A stretch of DNA of 63,976 nucleotides, the filler included. It is 5 parts of 5 records of this genome, joined end to end, with 100 filler letters (N's around TTAATTAATTAA, not from the genome) between each part and the next. Parts side by side here need not be neighbours in the genome. Positions count along the whole stretch, not along the records: positions 16,165 to 44,027 come from SRR20825010_168; positions 44,128 to 56,051 come from SRR20825010_169; 3 more parts are not named here. One strand, given 5' to 3'. The position numbers and the translations under genes were made by a program. This document shows positions 40,425-49,648 of the stretch, one piece after another (the stretch's first letter is position 1; every line of letters starts with the position of its first letter). The notes beneath the pieces were generated by a model. That model ran no database searches. It was not told where the DNA came from and worked only from the letters and a program-made list of their open reading frames with translations.

Positions 40425-43400
40425 TTATCTTTCTTCTTTTGCAGGTCTGCCCGGCATTCCTTTAGAGTTCTTTAGTTCGCCATTGATCCATTCAATGGCC
40501 TTCAATAATTGCGCGTCTTCCCCTTGCCCAAGTTGACCAGGGTTTTCTTTTACTTCAATATCCGGGTCTACTCCATGACCTTCTTTGAACCACTTACCAT
40601 CGGGATCGTACATGCGAAAGGTTGGAACGGTTACGCGTCCTCCATCAATCAACGAGGGAACCCCGGAAATACCAATCAATCCTCCCCAGGTGCGTGTACC
40701 AATGAGTGGTCCTAATCCTGCCTTTCTGAAATAGTCAGGGAAAGCATCCCCACCGGAACCGCTCCAGCCATTAATCAACATCGCTTTTGGTCCAAAATTG
40801 GCACTGGGAGGCCATTGCCAGGTTTGGCCGTCACGGACAGCCCAGTAGGCAAGCGGCTGGCGATTGAGTAATTCAATAAATCGGTCAGGGATTTGCCCGC
40901 CGCTGTTGAAGCGTTCATCTATTATCAGAGCGTCTTTGTGAAATTGAGCTGAAAATTGTCTGATCAATTCATTCTGACCGTCACGACCCGTGCTTCTAAC
41001 ATAGACATAACCCACTCGTCCATTGGTGGCTTCTTCTACCTTTTTTCTGTTGGCTTCTATCCACTCCAGGTGGCGCAGGCGGCTTTCATCGCTTAAAGTT
41101 TTTACTACTATTTTTTTAGCCTTGGTTTTGTCAGGGGTACTGGATATTGTTAATTCAACGGTTTTGTTGTCCAATCCAAGAAAGGCCAAATAAGGTTCAG
41201 CGTCGGTGGCCAATGGCACTCCGTTGACAGCTAAAATATAATCCCCAACCTTAATGTCCACTCCAGGTTCGTCCAGAGGGGATCGTACTTCTGCATCCCA
41301 GGCTGCTCCTTTTACAATTCGCTTGATTCGATAAAAACCATTTGCAATTTCCCAGTCTATACCTAAGTAACCTACGTTGACTTCTTTAGCCTTTTCTGTG
41401 TCGCCACCACCGCGATAGGTGTGCGAGGCATTGAGTTCACCTATCAATTCACCGATCACAAAATTGACATCCCATCGGGTAACGGACTGATCAATTAATT
41501 TAGCGTATTGGTCGCCAACGGCTTTCCAATCCAACCCATGCATGTTTTTATCATAGAAATAATCTCGCTGCAAACGCCAAACCTCCCAGTAAATTTGTTT
41601 CCATTCATTTTTAGGGTCGATTTGCATCGTCATATTGGATAAATCCACGGACTTATCCAGCTTTTGATTTTCAGCGATATCCACTACCGTTATTTTACCC
41701 TTGTCCAGTGCGGCTAGCTTCTTGCCATTTGCGGAAATTTCTATGCCTCCGGCATTGGGAAGAATGGTTTTCACCTCACGCTCTTCCAGATCAAAATACT
41801 TTACGGGACGATCCTCGTCTGCCGAGCCAGTGTTTGGTGATTGATGAAAAACAAGCTTGCCTGATACTGCTTCCAGACTTGAGTAGTTTCCGGCCTTAAC
41901 AGGAAGCAGGACTATGCGACTTTCAAAATCTTCCAGGTCAATTTTTACTGAAACATCTTTTTTCTCATCCTCCTTCTGTTTGTCTTTCTTACCCTTTTTG
42001 TCATCAGAGACCTCTTTCTTTTCCTCTTTTTCGATCTCCACCTCATCATTTTTTGGCATCAGGGGACTCTTACCTTCTTTGGTAAGTGGTACAGCAGCAA
42101 TTAGCGTGGTGTTTGGGTAAATAAAGGTATTGTCCAAATCAGAATAGATCGGAGTAATCTGTCTGCTTGTTAAGAAATAGAGATACTTATTGTCAGGATC
42201 GAACGTGGGATTAGAGTCGCTGTAAAACTCGCTGGTCACTTGTCGTTTTGTTCCGGTCTTGGTGTTGAAAAGGTTGATCGTTCCGTTTCGGTTTCCACCC
42301 TCCTTCACATAGGCCAGCCATTGACTGTCCGACGACCAGGAAAATGTACAGTTGTTAAGACCATAATGCATCAAATAGAGACCCTGATCTACTTTGATTG
42401 TTTTCTTCGCTTCCAGATCAAAATAATTGAAAGTCATGGTTTGATCTGCAAAAGCTATTTTCTTACTGTCCGGTGACCAAAATAATTGATATCTGAACCC
42501 TGAAGTGTAGTTGGTTAGCTCCTCTGTTTTGTCGGTATCGGTATCGTAAATCCACAACTGATACTCTTTGCTCGCGTCGCTCCAATAAGCGATTTTTTTA
42601 CCATCAGGTGACCAACTGGCGTACCTGTCGGCGGCACCATCTGATTGCGTTAGGTTTCTAGTTACGCCCTCTTCGGCAGGGAGAGTGAATACATCTCCGC
42701 GAGCTGAAATAATGACCCGCTTTCCATCAGGCGAAATATCAAACCAGTCAATGTCAGAACTTACTTTTACCTGTTTTTTAGCAAGGGCTATTTGATCGGT
42801 TATTACGTTTATAATTACTTCTCGTGATTTATTGGTAGCTAAATCGAGGAGGTAAAGTTTTCCTCCTGCCTCGAAAACAATGTCCTTTGATCCGAGAGAG
42901 GGGAAATGGATGTCCCAATCCGAGAAATTGGTTATTTGTGTGCTTGATTTAGATGCTTCGTCGTACGACCATAGATTGAAGCGCATTTCTGATCCATTGT
43001 CTGAGAGGTAGTATATTTTTCCATCGGCCCACATAGGAAACTCGTCGTTGGAAATGTTGTTGGTGAAATTAGATGATGTTTTGGTGGCAAAATCGTAGGT
43101 GAAAAGATCAGGGGCCGTACCCCCTTTGTATCGCTTCCAGGTTCTATGCGCGCGGGTCATGTAGTTGAAGGCCAATTTTGATCCGTCTGGCGAATAACTG
43201 GCCCACTCACCATACGGCAAGTCAAGTTTAGCAGCTATGCCACCAGACTTACTGATCTCAAAAAATTGACGAAATCTTTGCCGGCCACTTTCTCTGGTCG
43301 AAGCGAAAAGCAACTTTTCTCCAGCAGGATGCCAGTCGAGCAGTCTGTCGCCGGAACCATGGGCGGTAATCCTCTTAGGAATTCCACCGGTTCTGGGGAT

Positions 43401-43670
43401 GACGTAGATGTTCCAGTTTCCGTCATAGTTTGCTGTAAAAGCAATTTCATTTCCATCAGGTGAAAATTTGGGTGATACTTCTTCACCATCAGGCGAACTC
43501 AGTTTATAGGCTGTGCCTCCTTCCTTATCGACTACCCAGATATCGCCGGCATAGACGAAGGTTATATGAGTGGAGGAAACATCAGGATCCCGAAACATGC
43601 GGGCATCTATTTGAGCGTTCAGGTTGAGTAGGGTGATTAGCATCCCCGAAACGAGCAATAGCTTTTTCAT
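40425..43670 (-). CDS. Tricorn-like S41 protease with signal peptide
   Basis: PD40/beta-propeller repeats (FSPDG, WSPDG), LNASH, PDZ, DERFNSGG, catalytic GSGGD, GTRTWGG, EGHGVDPD. Confidence 0.92.
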   Translation of the reverse strand: MKKLLLVSGMLITLLNLNAQIDARMFRDPDVSSTHITFVYAGDIWVVDKEGGTAYKLSSPDGEEVSPKFSPDGNEIAFTANYDGNWNIYVIPRTGGIPKRITAHGSGDRLLDWHPAGEKLLFASTRESGRQRFRQFFEISKSGGIAAKLDLPYGEWASYSPDGSKLAFNYMTRAHRTWKRYKGGTAPDLFTYDFATKTSSNFTNNISNDEFPMWADGKIYYLSDNGSEMRFNLWSYDEASKSSTQITNFSDWDIHFPSLGSKDIVFEAGGKLYLLDLATNKSREVIINVITDQIALAKKQVKVSSDIDWFDISPDGKRVIISARGDVFTLPAEEGVTRNLTQSDGAADRYASWSPDGKKIAYWSDASKEYQLWIYDTDTDKTEELTNYTSGFRYQLFWSPDSKKIAFADQTMTFNYFDLEAKKTIKVDQGLYLMHYGLNNCTFSWSSDSQWLAYVKEGGNRNGTINLFNTKTGTKRQVTSEFYSDSNPTFDPDNKYLYFLTSRQITPIYSDLDNTFIYPNTTLIAAVPLTKEGKSPLMPKNDEVEIEKEEKKEVSDDKKGKKDKQKEDEKKDVSVKIDLEDFESRIVLLPVKAGNYSSLEAVSGKLVFHQSPNTGSADEDRPVKYFDLEEREVKTILPNAGGIEISANGKKLAALDKGKITVVDIAENQKLDKSVDLSNMTMQIDPKNEWKQIYWEVWRLQRDYFYDKNMHGLDWKAVGDQYAKLIDQSVTRWDVNFVIGELIGELNASHTYRGGGDTEKAKEVNVGYLGIDWEIANGFYRIKRIVKGAAWDAEVRSPLDEPGVDIKVGDYILAVNGVPLATDAEPYLAFLGLDNKTVELTISSTPDKTKAKKIVVKTLSDESRLRHLEWIEANRKKVEEATNGRVGYVYVRSTGRDGQNELIRQFSAQFHKDALIIDERFNSGGQIPDRFIELLNRQPLAYWAVRDGQTWQWPPSANFGPKAMLINGWSGSGGDAFPDYFRKAGLGPLIGTRTWGGLIGISGVPSLIDGGRVTVPTFRMYDPDGKWFKEGHGVDPDIEVKENPGQLGQGEDAQLLKAIEWINGELKNSKGMPGRPAKEER

Positions 43671-43957
43671 AGTTGTTGAGTTTTATTTGGAGTGATACAG
43701 TTGACAAGATAGAAACACCTATTCAAAATGCCCCATCAACTGGTACAAGTGGACGTACGGGTAGAGGAATAAGGATTCGGTTAGGAGGAATGGGGGAATA
43801 GACTTTGTGTATTAAAAAACGGATTCGGCTGAAGGCCCAATGTCTTACTGAATATTGTTGAACGGGCGAATAACAATTGATTGGCTAGATCGCACAAATT
43901 GGGAGTTTATTTAGGTGGTTATTTTATTATTTTCGCGCTTTTTGTAAAAAAAATACC

Positions 43958-44027
43958 GGTCCCATAGTTCAACGGATAGAATAGGCTACCCGCCCGGGAA
44001 GTTTCCTAAACTTTAGATCCAGCCGGG
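43958..44027 (+). tRNA. tRNA-Arg (CCT), interrupted and truncated at contig end
   Basis: Acceptor 5' strand GGTCCCA, TA, D-arm GTTC-AACGGATA-GAAT, A26, an extra 14 nt (GGCTACCCGCCCGG), anticodon arm GAAGT-TT-CCT-AA-ACTTT, AGAT, CCAG, then CCGGG instead of the T-loop. Confidence 0.7.
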
Positions 44028-44127
44028 NNNNNNNNNNNNNNNNNNNNNNNNNNNNNNNNNNNNNNNNNNNNTTAATTAATTAANNNNNNNNNNNNNNNNN
44101 NNNNNNNNNNNNNNNNNNNNNNNNNNN
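44028..44127. other. Artificial contig spacer
   Basis: 44 N + TTAATTAATTAA + 44 N. Confidence 0.97.
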
Positions 44128-44958
44128 GTGCTTGCGGATGACATGTTTCAACAGGCCACCCGGCTGCGACTGGTTTCGCGCCACGGCGTTGGATGCGACA
44201 ACCTGAAATTTGAGGTGCTTCAACCGCTTGGAATTGGCGTTGCCATCGCAGCGGACAGCAACCTCATTTCTGTGGCCGAACACGCAATGACGCTTACGTT
44301 GGCCGCCTGCAAAGATCTCGATCGCGCCAATGGTGCGGTTCGTGACGGCAAATGGGCCATTCGGGAAAACCTCAAAGCGCGTGATCTCAATGGCAGCCAA
44401 ACGCTGGTGGTCGGGTTTGGCCGGATCGGCCAGGCCTATGCCCAGCGTGCCGCCGCCTTCGGCGCGCAGATCACAGTCTTCGACCCGTTTCGGCCAAAGG
44501 ATGCCAGCCTGCCAGAAGGGTATAGTTTGGCGGACTCGCTTGCAGAGGCGGTCAGCCAGGCAGATATCGTTAGCATCCACATGCCCCGAACGGCAGAGAC
44601 TTCAAATTTATTCGACCGCGATTTGCTTGCACGCATGAAACCGGGATCAATCGTCGTGAATACGGCGCGCGGAGGGATCGTTGACGAGGGCGCAATGGCT
44701 GCCGCACTGGATGCGGGTCGTCCAGGAGCATACGCGACCGATGTTCTGTTGGACGAACCGCCACATCCAGATAACCCTCTGGTTGGCCGGGAGGACGTGA
44801 TCGTGACGCCCCATTCTGCTGCGATGACCATGCAAAGCACGATCCGGATGGCCACGCGCTCCGCTCAGAACGCGCTGGACTTTCTGGACGGGACGCTGCG
44901 TGAGGACATGATCGCTCTGGCCCCAGCGCCCAGAGATCAAGAGCCGTGCGCGAAGTAG
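44128..44958 (+). CDS. D-isomer-specific 2-hydroxyacid dehydrogenase (5' truncated)
   Basis: RHGVG.DN, SVAEH, GFGRIG, NTARGGIVDE, DV...EP, TPH. Confidence 0.9.
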   Translation: MLADDMFQQATRLRLVSRHGVGCDNLKFEVLQPLGIGVAIAADSNLISVAEHAMTLTLAACKDLDRANGAVRDGKWAIRENLKARDLNGSQTLVVGFGRIGQAYAQRAAAFGAQITVFDPFRPKDASLPEGYSLADSLAEAVSQADIVSIHMPRTAETSNLFDRDLLARMKPGSIVVNTARGGIVDEGAMAAALDAGRPGAYATDVLLDEPPHPDNPLVGREDVIVTPHSAAMTMQSTIRMATRSAQNALDFLDGTLREDMIALAPAPRDQEPCAK

Positions 44959-45080
44959 ACACCGAAAGTGGACGCCCCCCCCCCTCTTGCGTCCACGCGC
45001 CGTCGTCGTCAGGTGCTGACCGGTCTGCTGACGTCAGGCCTAGCGCCTGACTCAAACCGCTTACTCTGGCTGAACCCCGG

Positions 45081-45821
45081 TCAGGTATCTTCGGAGCGGT
45101 CGGTCACTCGGCGTCGGGCGCGCTCCAAATGGAACATCATGGCAATTCTGGCCGCTTCGGTTTCACGGGATTGAATTGCTTCAAGGATCATAGTGTGTTC
45201 ACTCAGAACCTGAACAATCCGTTTCCGCGGGCCCGTCCTCGTCACATTGGATGCGACTGTTCGAAAGCTGGAAATTGAACTCTGGATCGAGCGGGACAGC
45301 GACAGGAATTTGTCATTTCCCGTCGCGGCGGCAATGGCATTATGGAAAGCAGCGTCAGGTTCGGCAGGTATGTTCCCGGCTTCGGCGTCACGCTCCATTT
45401 GCCGATGGGCATCTTCAATTTTTCGTAGCTGTGCAGCTGTACGGCGCTCTGCGGCCAGCCTGGCGGCTTCGGATTCGACCGGCATCCGCAGCTCCAACAC
45501 GCGAAGGAATTCCGGCACTTGGTCCATACCGCCGAAATCGCTCAATCTCTTGGCGGGACGGCGCTGTATAAATGTTCCGCTGCCTTGACGTGATTGCACT
45601 AGCCCATCCGATCGAAGCCGAAGCAACGCATCACGCACGACCGGGCGCGAGACGCCAAACATCTCACAAATTTCTTTTTCCGGTGGCAACCGGGATCCTT
45701 CGCTTAGTCGTCCCGAGACGATTTGCTCAAGAATTTGCGAATACAACTGGTCACTCAGGCGCGGCCGCTTTCCAGGGGACAAGACTAGAGGCGCCGAATC
45801 CATGTCATCCTCTGCTTCCAT
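45081..45821 (-). CDS. FadR/GntR family regulator (FCD domain)
   Basis: RLPPEKEICEMFGVSRPVVRDAL..GSGTF winged HTH; D..FH and EH..I FCD motifs. Confidence 0.92.
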   Translation of the reverse strand: MEAEDDMDSAPLVLSPGKRPRLSDQLYSQILEQIVSGRLSEGSRLPPEKEICEMFGVSRPVVRDALLRLRSDGLVQSRQGSGTFIQRRPAKRLSDFGGMDQVPEFLRVLELRMPVESEAARLAAERRTAAQLRKIEDAHRQMERDAEAGNIPAEPDAAFHNAIAAATGNDKFLSLSRSIQSSISSFRTVASNVTRTGPRKRIVQVLSEHTMILEAIQSRETEAARIAMMFHLERARRRVTDRSEDT

Positions 45822-45925
45822 CTGCAGGCAAAACTCCTCTTAACTTCGGTGATCTGACCTTGCCAAACTCAGATGCCATCCGATCCGGACCTCTTACCAG
45901 CATCGCGACCCCGGATGCGCAATGC

Positions 45926-45971
45926 AATAAATAGTATGACATGTCAATTTATTTGTCATTTTTGTTGACAA
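45926..45971. promoter_or_regulatory. Palindromic operator cluster in a divergent promoter
   Basis: TGACATGTCA (45937-45946) inside an AATAAAT/ATTTATT inverted repeat; TTGTCA-N7-TGACAA (45953-45971) overlapping a TTGACA hexamer. Confidence 0.55.
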
Positions 45972-46446
45972 CTTTTCCCTCAACTCGTATCGATTCCCAA
46001 CACCGGCAAAGTGCGGGGAATCCCCCCGACCGCAGCCAGAGCATGACACCTTGGAGGAGGGGTTTATGCAGCGTACACAATTGGATTTATGCGCTAATGT
46101 GCCGAAGAATATTCGGCATCCACAGTGGCATGACGCCACCTGGGGGCCCCGCACTCGCAGATGGCCTAGTTGTTACGTTTCATTACAAGTTAACCAGTCT
46201 CCGTTGACCAACATCCAGCGCGGGCGATGCGGACCAAGAAGCCGCCGCGCGTCAAAGGCGGAGAGCACTGCTGGCCTACCCCAAAGTCGGATCAACGAGT
46301 GCAGAGTAATGGACCACTGCTCCACTCTCGCGGACGGCTACGTGAACCGCCGAGAGCCCTCCTCCGAATACATAGCTGTGTCGGGTGCGGTTCAAACAGA
46401 GGTCGCGTTTACTCTAACTACTAAGCGCCATGGAGAATTCTGAAGA

Positions 46447-47610
46447 ATGGACTACGAAAGCAAATTCCCATCCATCTGGCACCTGAAAAAGCGAGCGCGT
46501 CAGCGCATTCCCTTTTTTGCCTGGGAATTCCTCGATAGCGGGACGGGAATGGAGCGGCTGGTGAACCGCAACCAATCTGCTTTTGACGAGGTCAACTTGG
46601 CGCCCCGATCTTTGGGCGGGCGGTTTTCTCCTGATGTTAGCACCACGCTATTTGGCCAAGAGTACTCAGTCCCGTTCGGCGCAGCTCCGGTGGGCAGTAC
46701 CGGTTTGATGTGGCCCGGAGCGGAACTGATGTTGGCGCAAGCCGCTGGCGACAATGACTTTCCTTACTGCCTGAGTATGATGGCCAACGAAACACCCGAG
46801 GACGTGGCGGCGAAGGCCGGCAAAAACACTTGGATGCAAATCTACTGCCCCAAAGAGCCCGAAGTCCTCGCCGACCTAATTGCCCGTTGCAAGGCTGCTG
46901 GGATCAAGACGATCGCCGTCACGGCCGACGTTCCGGTAAGCAGCACGCGAGAGCGACAACTGGTCGCCGGTCTGACCGTGCCGCCCCAGATGAATGCCAA
47001 AACCCTGTGGCGGGTTATGAAAAGACCCCGTTGGGCGATGGAGACTCTGAAGTACGGGCTACCGCGGTTCAAGACACTGGAGAAATACTTTTCCTTTGAT
47101 CGGATGAACAAGGGCACCCGGCTGGTCGGTCGCATCGTCGACGGCCGCCCCGACTGGAGCTACTTTGCCCGTATTCGCGAGGCTTGGGACGGCAATCTCA
47201 TCCTGAAGGGTGTGATGCACTCTGATGACGCGGAACAGGCGATAATCCATGGGGCGGACGCTGTCTGGGTTTCCAACCACGGCGGGCGGCAATTCGATGG
47301 CGCACATGCCGCCATCGAGATGCTCCCCGAGATCGTCAAGACAACCGCCGGACGAGTCCCGATCATATTCGACAGCGGTATCCGTGGCGGGCTGGACATT
47401 GCCCGTGCCATTTCACTGGGCGCCGACTTCTGCTTTCTAGGACGGGGCTTCCTATATTCGATATCCGCATTGGGCGCCCCGGGGGCAGACCATGCCTATG
47501 GCATTCTACGCCGCGACCTTGAAAACAACATGATCCAGATGGGTGCACGGTCGCTTGCGGATCTACGCGGCACCCAAACCACCCATGTCAACTCCTCAAC
47601 AGAGTCATGA
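46447..47610 (+). CDS. FMN-dependent alpha-hydroxyacid oxidase/dehydrogenase
   Basis: APVG, WMQIY, RERQ, LKG, VSNHGGRQ, DSGIRGG.D, GR.FLY. Confidence 0.92.
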   Translation: MDYESKFPSIWHLKKRARQRIPFFAWEFLDSGTGMERLVNRNQSAFDEVNLAPRSLGGRFSPDVSTTLFGQEYSVPFGAAPVGSTGLMWPGAELMLAQAAGDNDFPYCLSMMANETPEDVAAKAGKNTWMQIYCPKEPEVLADLIARCKAAGIKTIAVTADVPVSSTRERQLVAGLTVPPQMNAKTLWRVMKRPRWAMETLKYGLPRFKTLEKYFSFDRMNKGTRLVGRIVDGRPDWSYFARIREAWDGNLILKGVMHSDDAEQAIIHGADAVWVSNHGGRQFDGAHAAIEMLPEIVKTTAGRVPIIFDSGIRGGLDIARAISLGADFCFLGRGFLYSISALGAPGADHAYGILRRDLENNMIQMGARSLADLRGTQTTHVNSSTES

Positions 47611-47770
47611 GCCAGGCCGTACCGTTAGTTCACCCCGCCCGGTGACGACACAAACCCTTACGCGGGCCGTCACCCGGCCAACGTCTTTTTGTTGCTCACG
47701 TTGATCGTGGACATCGTCAGCGCGCGCAATTGGCGCGCACCACATCGAAACGCAAGGAACTCATAGATCG

Positions 47771-49648
47771 ATGCTTGCCAACCGCCACAGGATTCTGCGC
47801 TGGACCGTTCTCGCGGCCATGCTCGGCATGACCGCCTTTCAATTCAATGCCGTCATCTTCGGCGCGCCTCAGCCTTTTGTCTTTCGCGGCATCCATCTGG
47901 GCTTTGCGCTAGGCATCGTTTTCTTGATTTATCCAGCTTTTACAGGCGGACCGCTCTGGTCGCGGATTATGGATTTGCTCTTGATCGCCGGAATGCTGGT
48001 TTCGATTGGCTACCTGCTCGCAATTCAAGAAACACTTTATTACCGTTTTCAGTTCGTGGATGAACTTTCACCCACACAATTCTGGATGGGCATCGGCCTG
48101 ACAGCGCTGGTGTTAGAAGGGTGTCGCCGAACGCTTGGTCCCGCCCTGCCCCTGACAGCCCTTGTCTTCATGGTCTACGCCATCGCCTCAGGGCGATTGG
48201 ACATGAATTATCTGGTTGATGTGCTCTACCTTACAACTGAAGGACTGTTCGGAATCCCGCTGAGCGTTTCGGCGACCTACCTCTTCCTCTTCGTTCTATT
48301 CGGCGCGCTCGCCGAAAGATTGGGAACCGGACGGTTTTTCATCGACTTCGCCACCGCAGTGGCCGGACGCAGCACGGGTGGGCCCGCGAAAGTGGCCAGC
48401 CTGTCCTCGGCATTGTTCGGGTCGATCTCTGGCAGCGCGGTGGCCAACATCATGACCACCGGCAGCTATACCATTCCGCTAATGAAACGGCTTGGATACC
48501 GGCCCGCATTCGCCGGTTCGGTCGAGGCCGTGGCCTCTACCGGCGGTCAGATAATGCCGCCGGTCATGGGTGCAGCGGCCTTCGTCATGGCCGAGATCAT
48601 GGGCGTTGGTTACATCACTGTCATGATGATCGCGCTTATTCCGGCGATCCTGTTTTTTGTCAGCGTCTTTCTTGCAATCCACTTCGAAGCGAAACGCCAA
48701 GGGCTAAGCGGACTGGATGCAGCGTCGATCCCGGTTCTGCGCACGGTGCTCAAGGAACGCGGACACCAGATCATTCCCCTTTTCCTGATCATTGGCGTGC
48801 TCTTCTATGGCTACAGCCCAGCTTATGCTGCTTTCCTGGGGATCCTGTCGATTTTGCCGACAACCCTATTGCGCAGAACGACCCGCTCCGAGTTCAAGCC
48901 GATCCACGTTCTTGAAGGTATCCAGACCGGCGTGATCAATGCCTGTCAGGTCGCTCTTGCCTGTGCCTGTGCGGGCATCGTTGTCGGTGTGATCATTCAC
49001 AGTGGACTGGGGCTGGATTTCAGCAGTTTCGTGCGGTCGATCTCGAATGGCTCAATGCTTCTGGCGCTGATTATGACTGCCATCGCAGGCATCATCGTGG
49101 GCATGGGACTGCCAACTACCCCCGCCTACATCCTGCAAACCGCCCTGCTCATCCCGGCCCTCATCAAGCTGGGTGTCACATTGGAAGCCGCGCATCTCTT
49201 CGCCTTCTATTTCGCGATCATGTCCACGATCACACCACCAGTGGCGATTGGCGTATTTGCCGCAAATGCCATTTCCGGGGCAAAGCTGTGGCCGGCAAGC
49301 GTCGCGGCGCTCAAATTGGGGATGACGGGATATATCGTTCCTTTCATGTTTGTCTACAGCCCCGCTTTGATCCTCCAAGGCACGCCGATGCAGATTAGTC
49401 TGGCAACCGTATCGGCCATCCTTGGCGTCACGTTCCTGGCGTCAGGATTGCATGGCTATCTGACACGGCGACTGGGATTCATTGAACGGCTCTTGCTGGT
49501 CATCGCGGCAATGCTCCTGATCTATCAAGGCATCTGGAGCGACGTCGCCGGTATCACGCTGGCAGTGACCGCCTACCTGATCCAGCGCAACAAGCCGGAC
49601 ACAGTTCCGAACAGCGCCACGATCGACGCCTCCAAACAATCCGCATGA
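47771..49648 (+). CDS. TRAP transporter fused 4TM/12TM permease (TAXI type)
   Basis: GGPAKVA, SGSAVAN..TTG, EAVASTGGQIMPPVMGAAAF, GMGLPT, ITPPV. Confidence 0.92.
   Translation: MLANRHRILRWTVLAAMLGMTAFQFNAVIFGAPQPFVFRGIHLGFALGIVFLIYPAFTGGPLWSRIMDLLLIAGMLVSIGYLLAIQETLYYRFQFVDELSPTQFWMGIGLTALVLEGCRRTLGPALPLTALVFMVYAIASGRLDMNYLVDVLYLTTEGLFGIPLSVSATYLFLFVLFGALAERLGTGRFFIDFATAVAGRSTGGPAKVASLSSALFGSISGSAVANIMTTGSYTIPLMKRLGYRPAFAGSVEAVASTGGQIMPPVMGAAAFVMAEIMGVGYITVMMIALIPAILFFVSVFLAIHFEAKRQGLSGLDAASIPVLRTVLKERGHQIIPLFLIIGVLFYGYSPAYAAFLGILSILPTTLLRRTTRSEFKPIHVLEGIQTGVINACQVALACACAGIVVGVIIHSGLGLDFSSFVRSISNGSMLLALIMTAIAGIIVGMGLPTTPAYILQTALLIPALIKLGVTLEAAHLFAFYFAIMSTITPPVAIGVFAANAISGAKLWPASVAALKLGMTGYIVPFMFVYSPALILQGTPMQISLATVSAILGVTFLASGLHGYLTRRLGFIERLLLVIAAMLLIYQGIWSDVAGITLAVTAYLIQRNKPDTVPNSATIDASKQSA

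Noticed and set aside
40425..43670. Tricorn-like protease in a bacterium
   Set aside because: Secreted tricorn homologs are common in Bacteroidota, and the motifs are normal.
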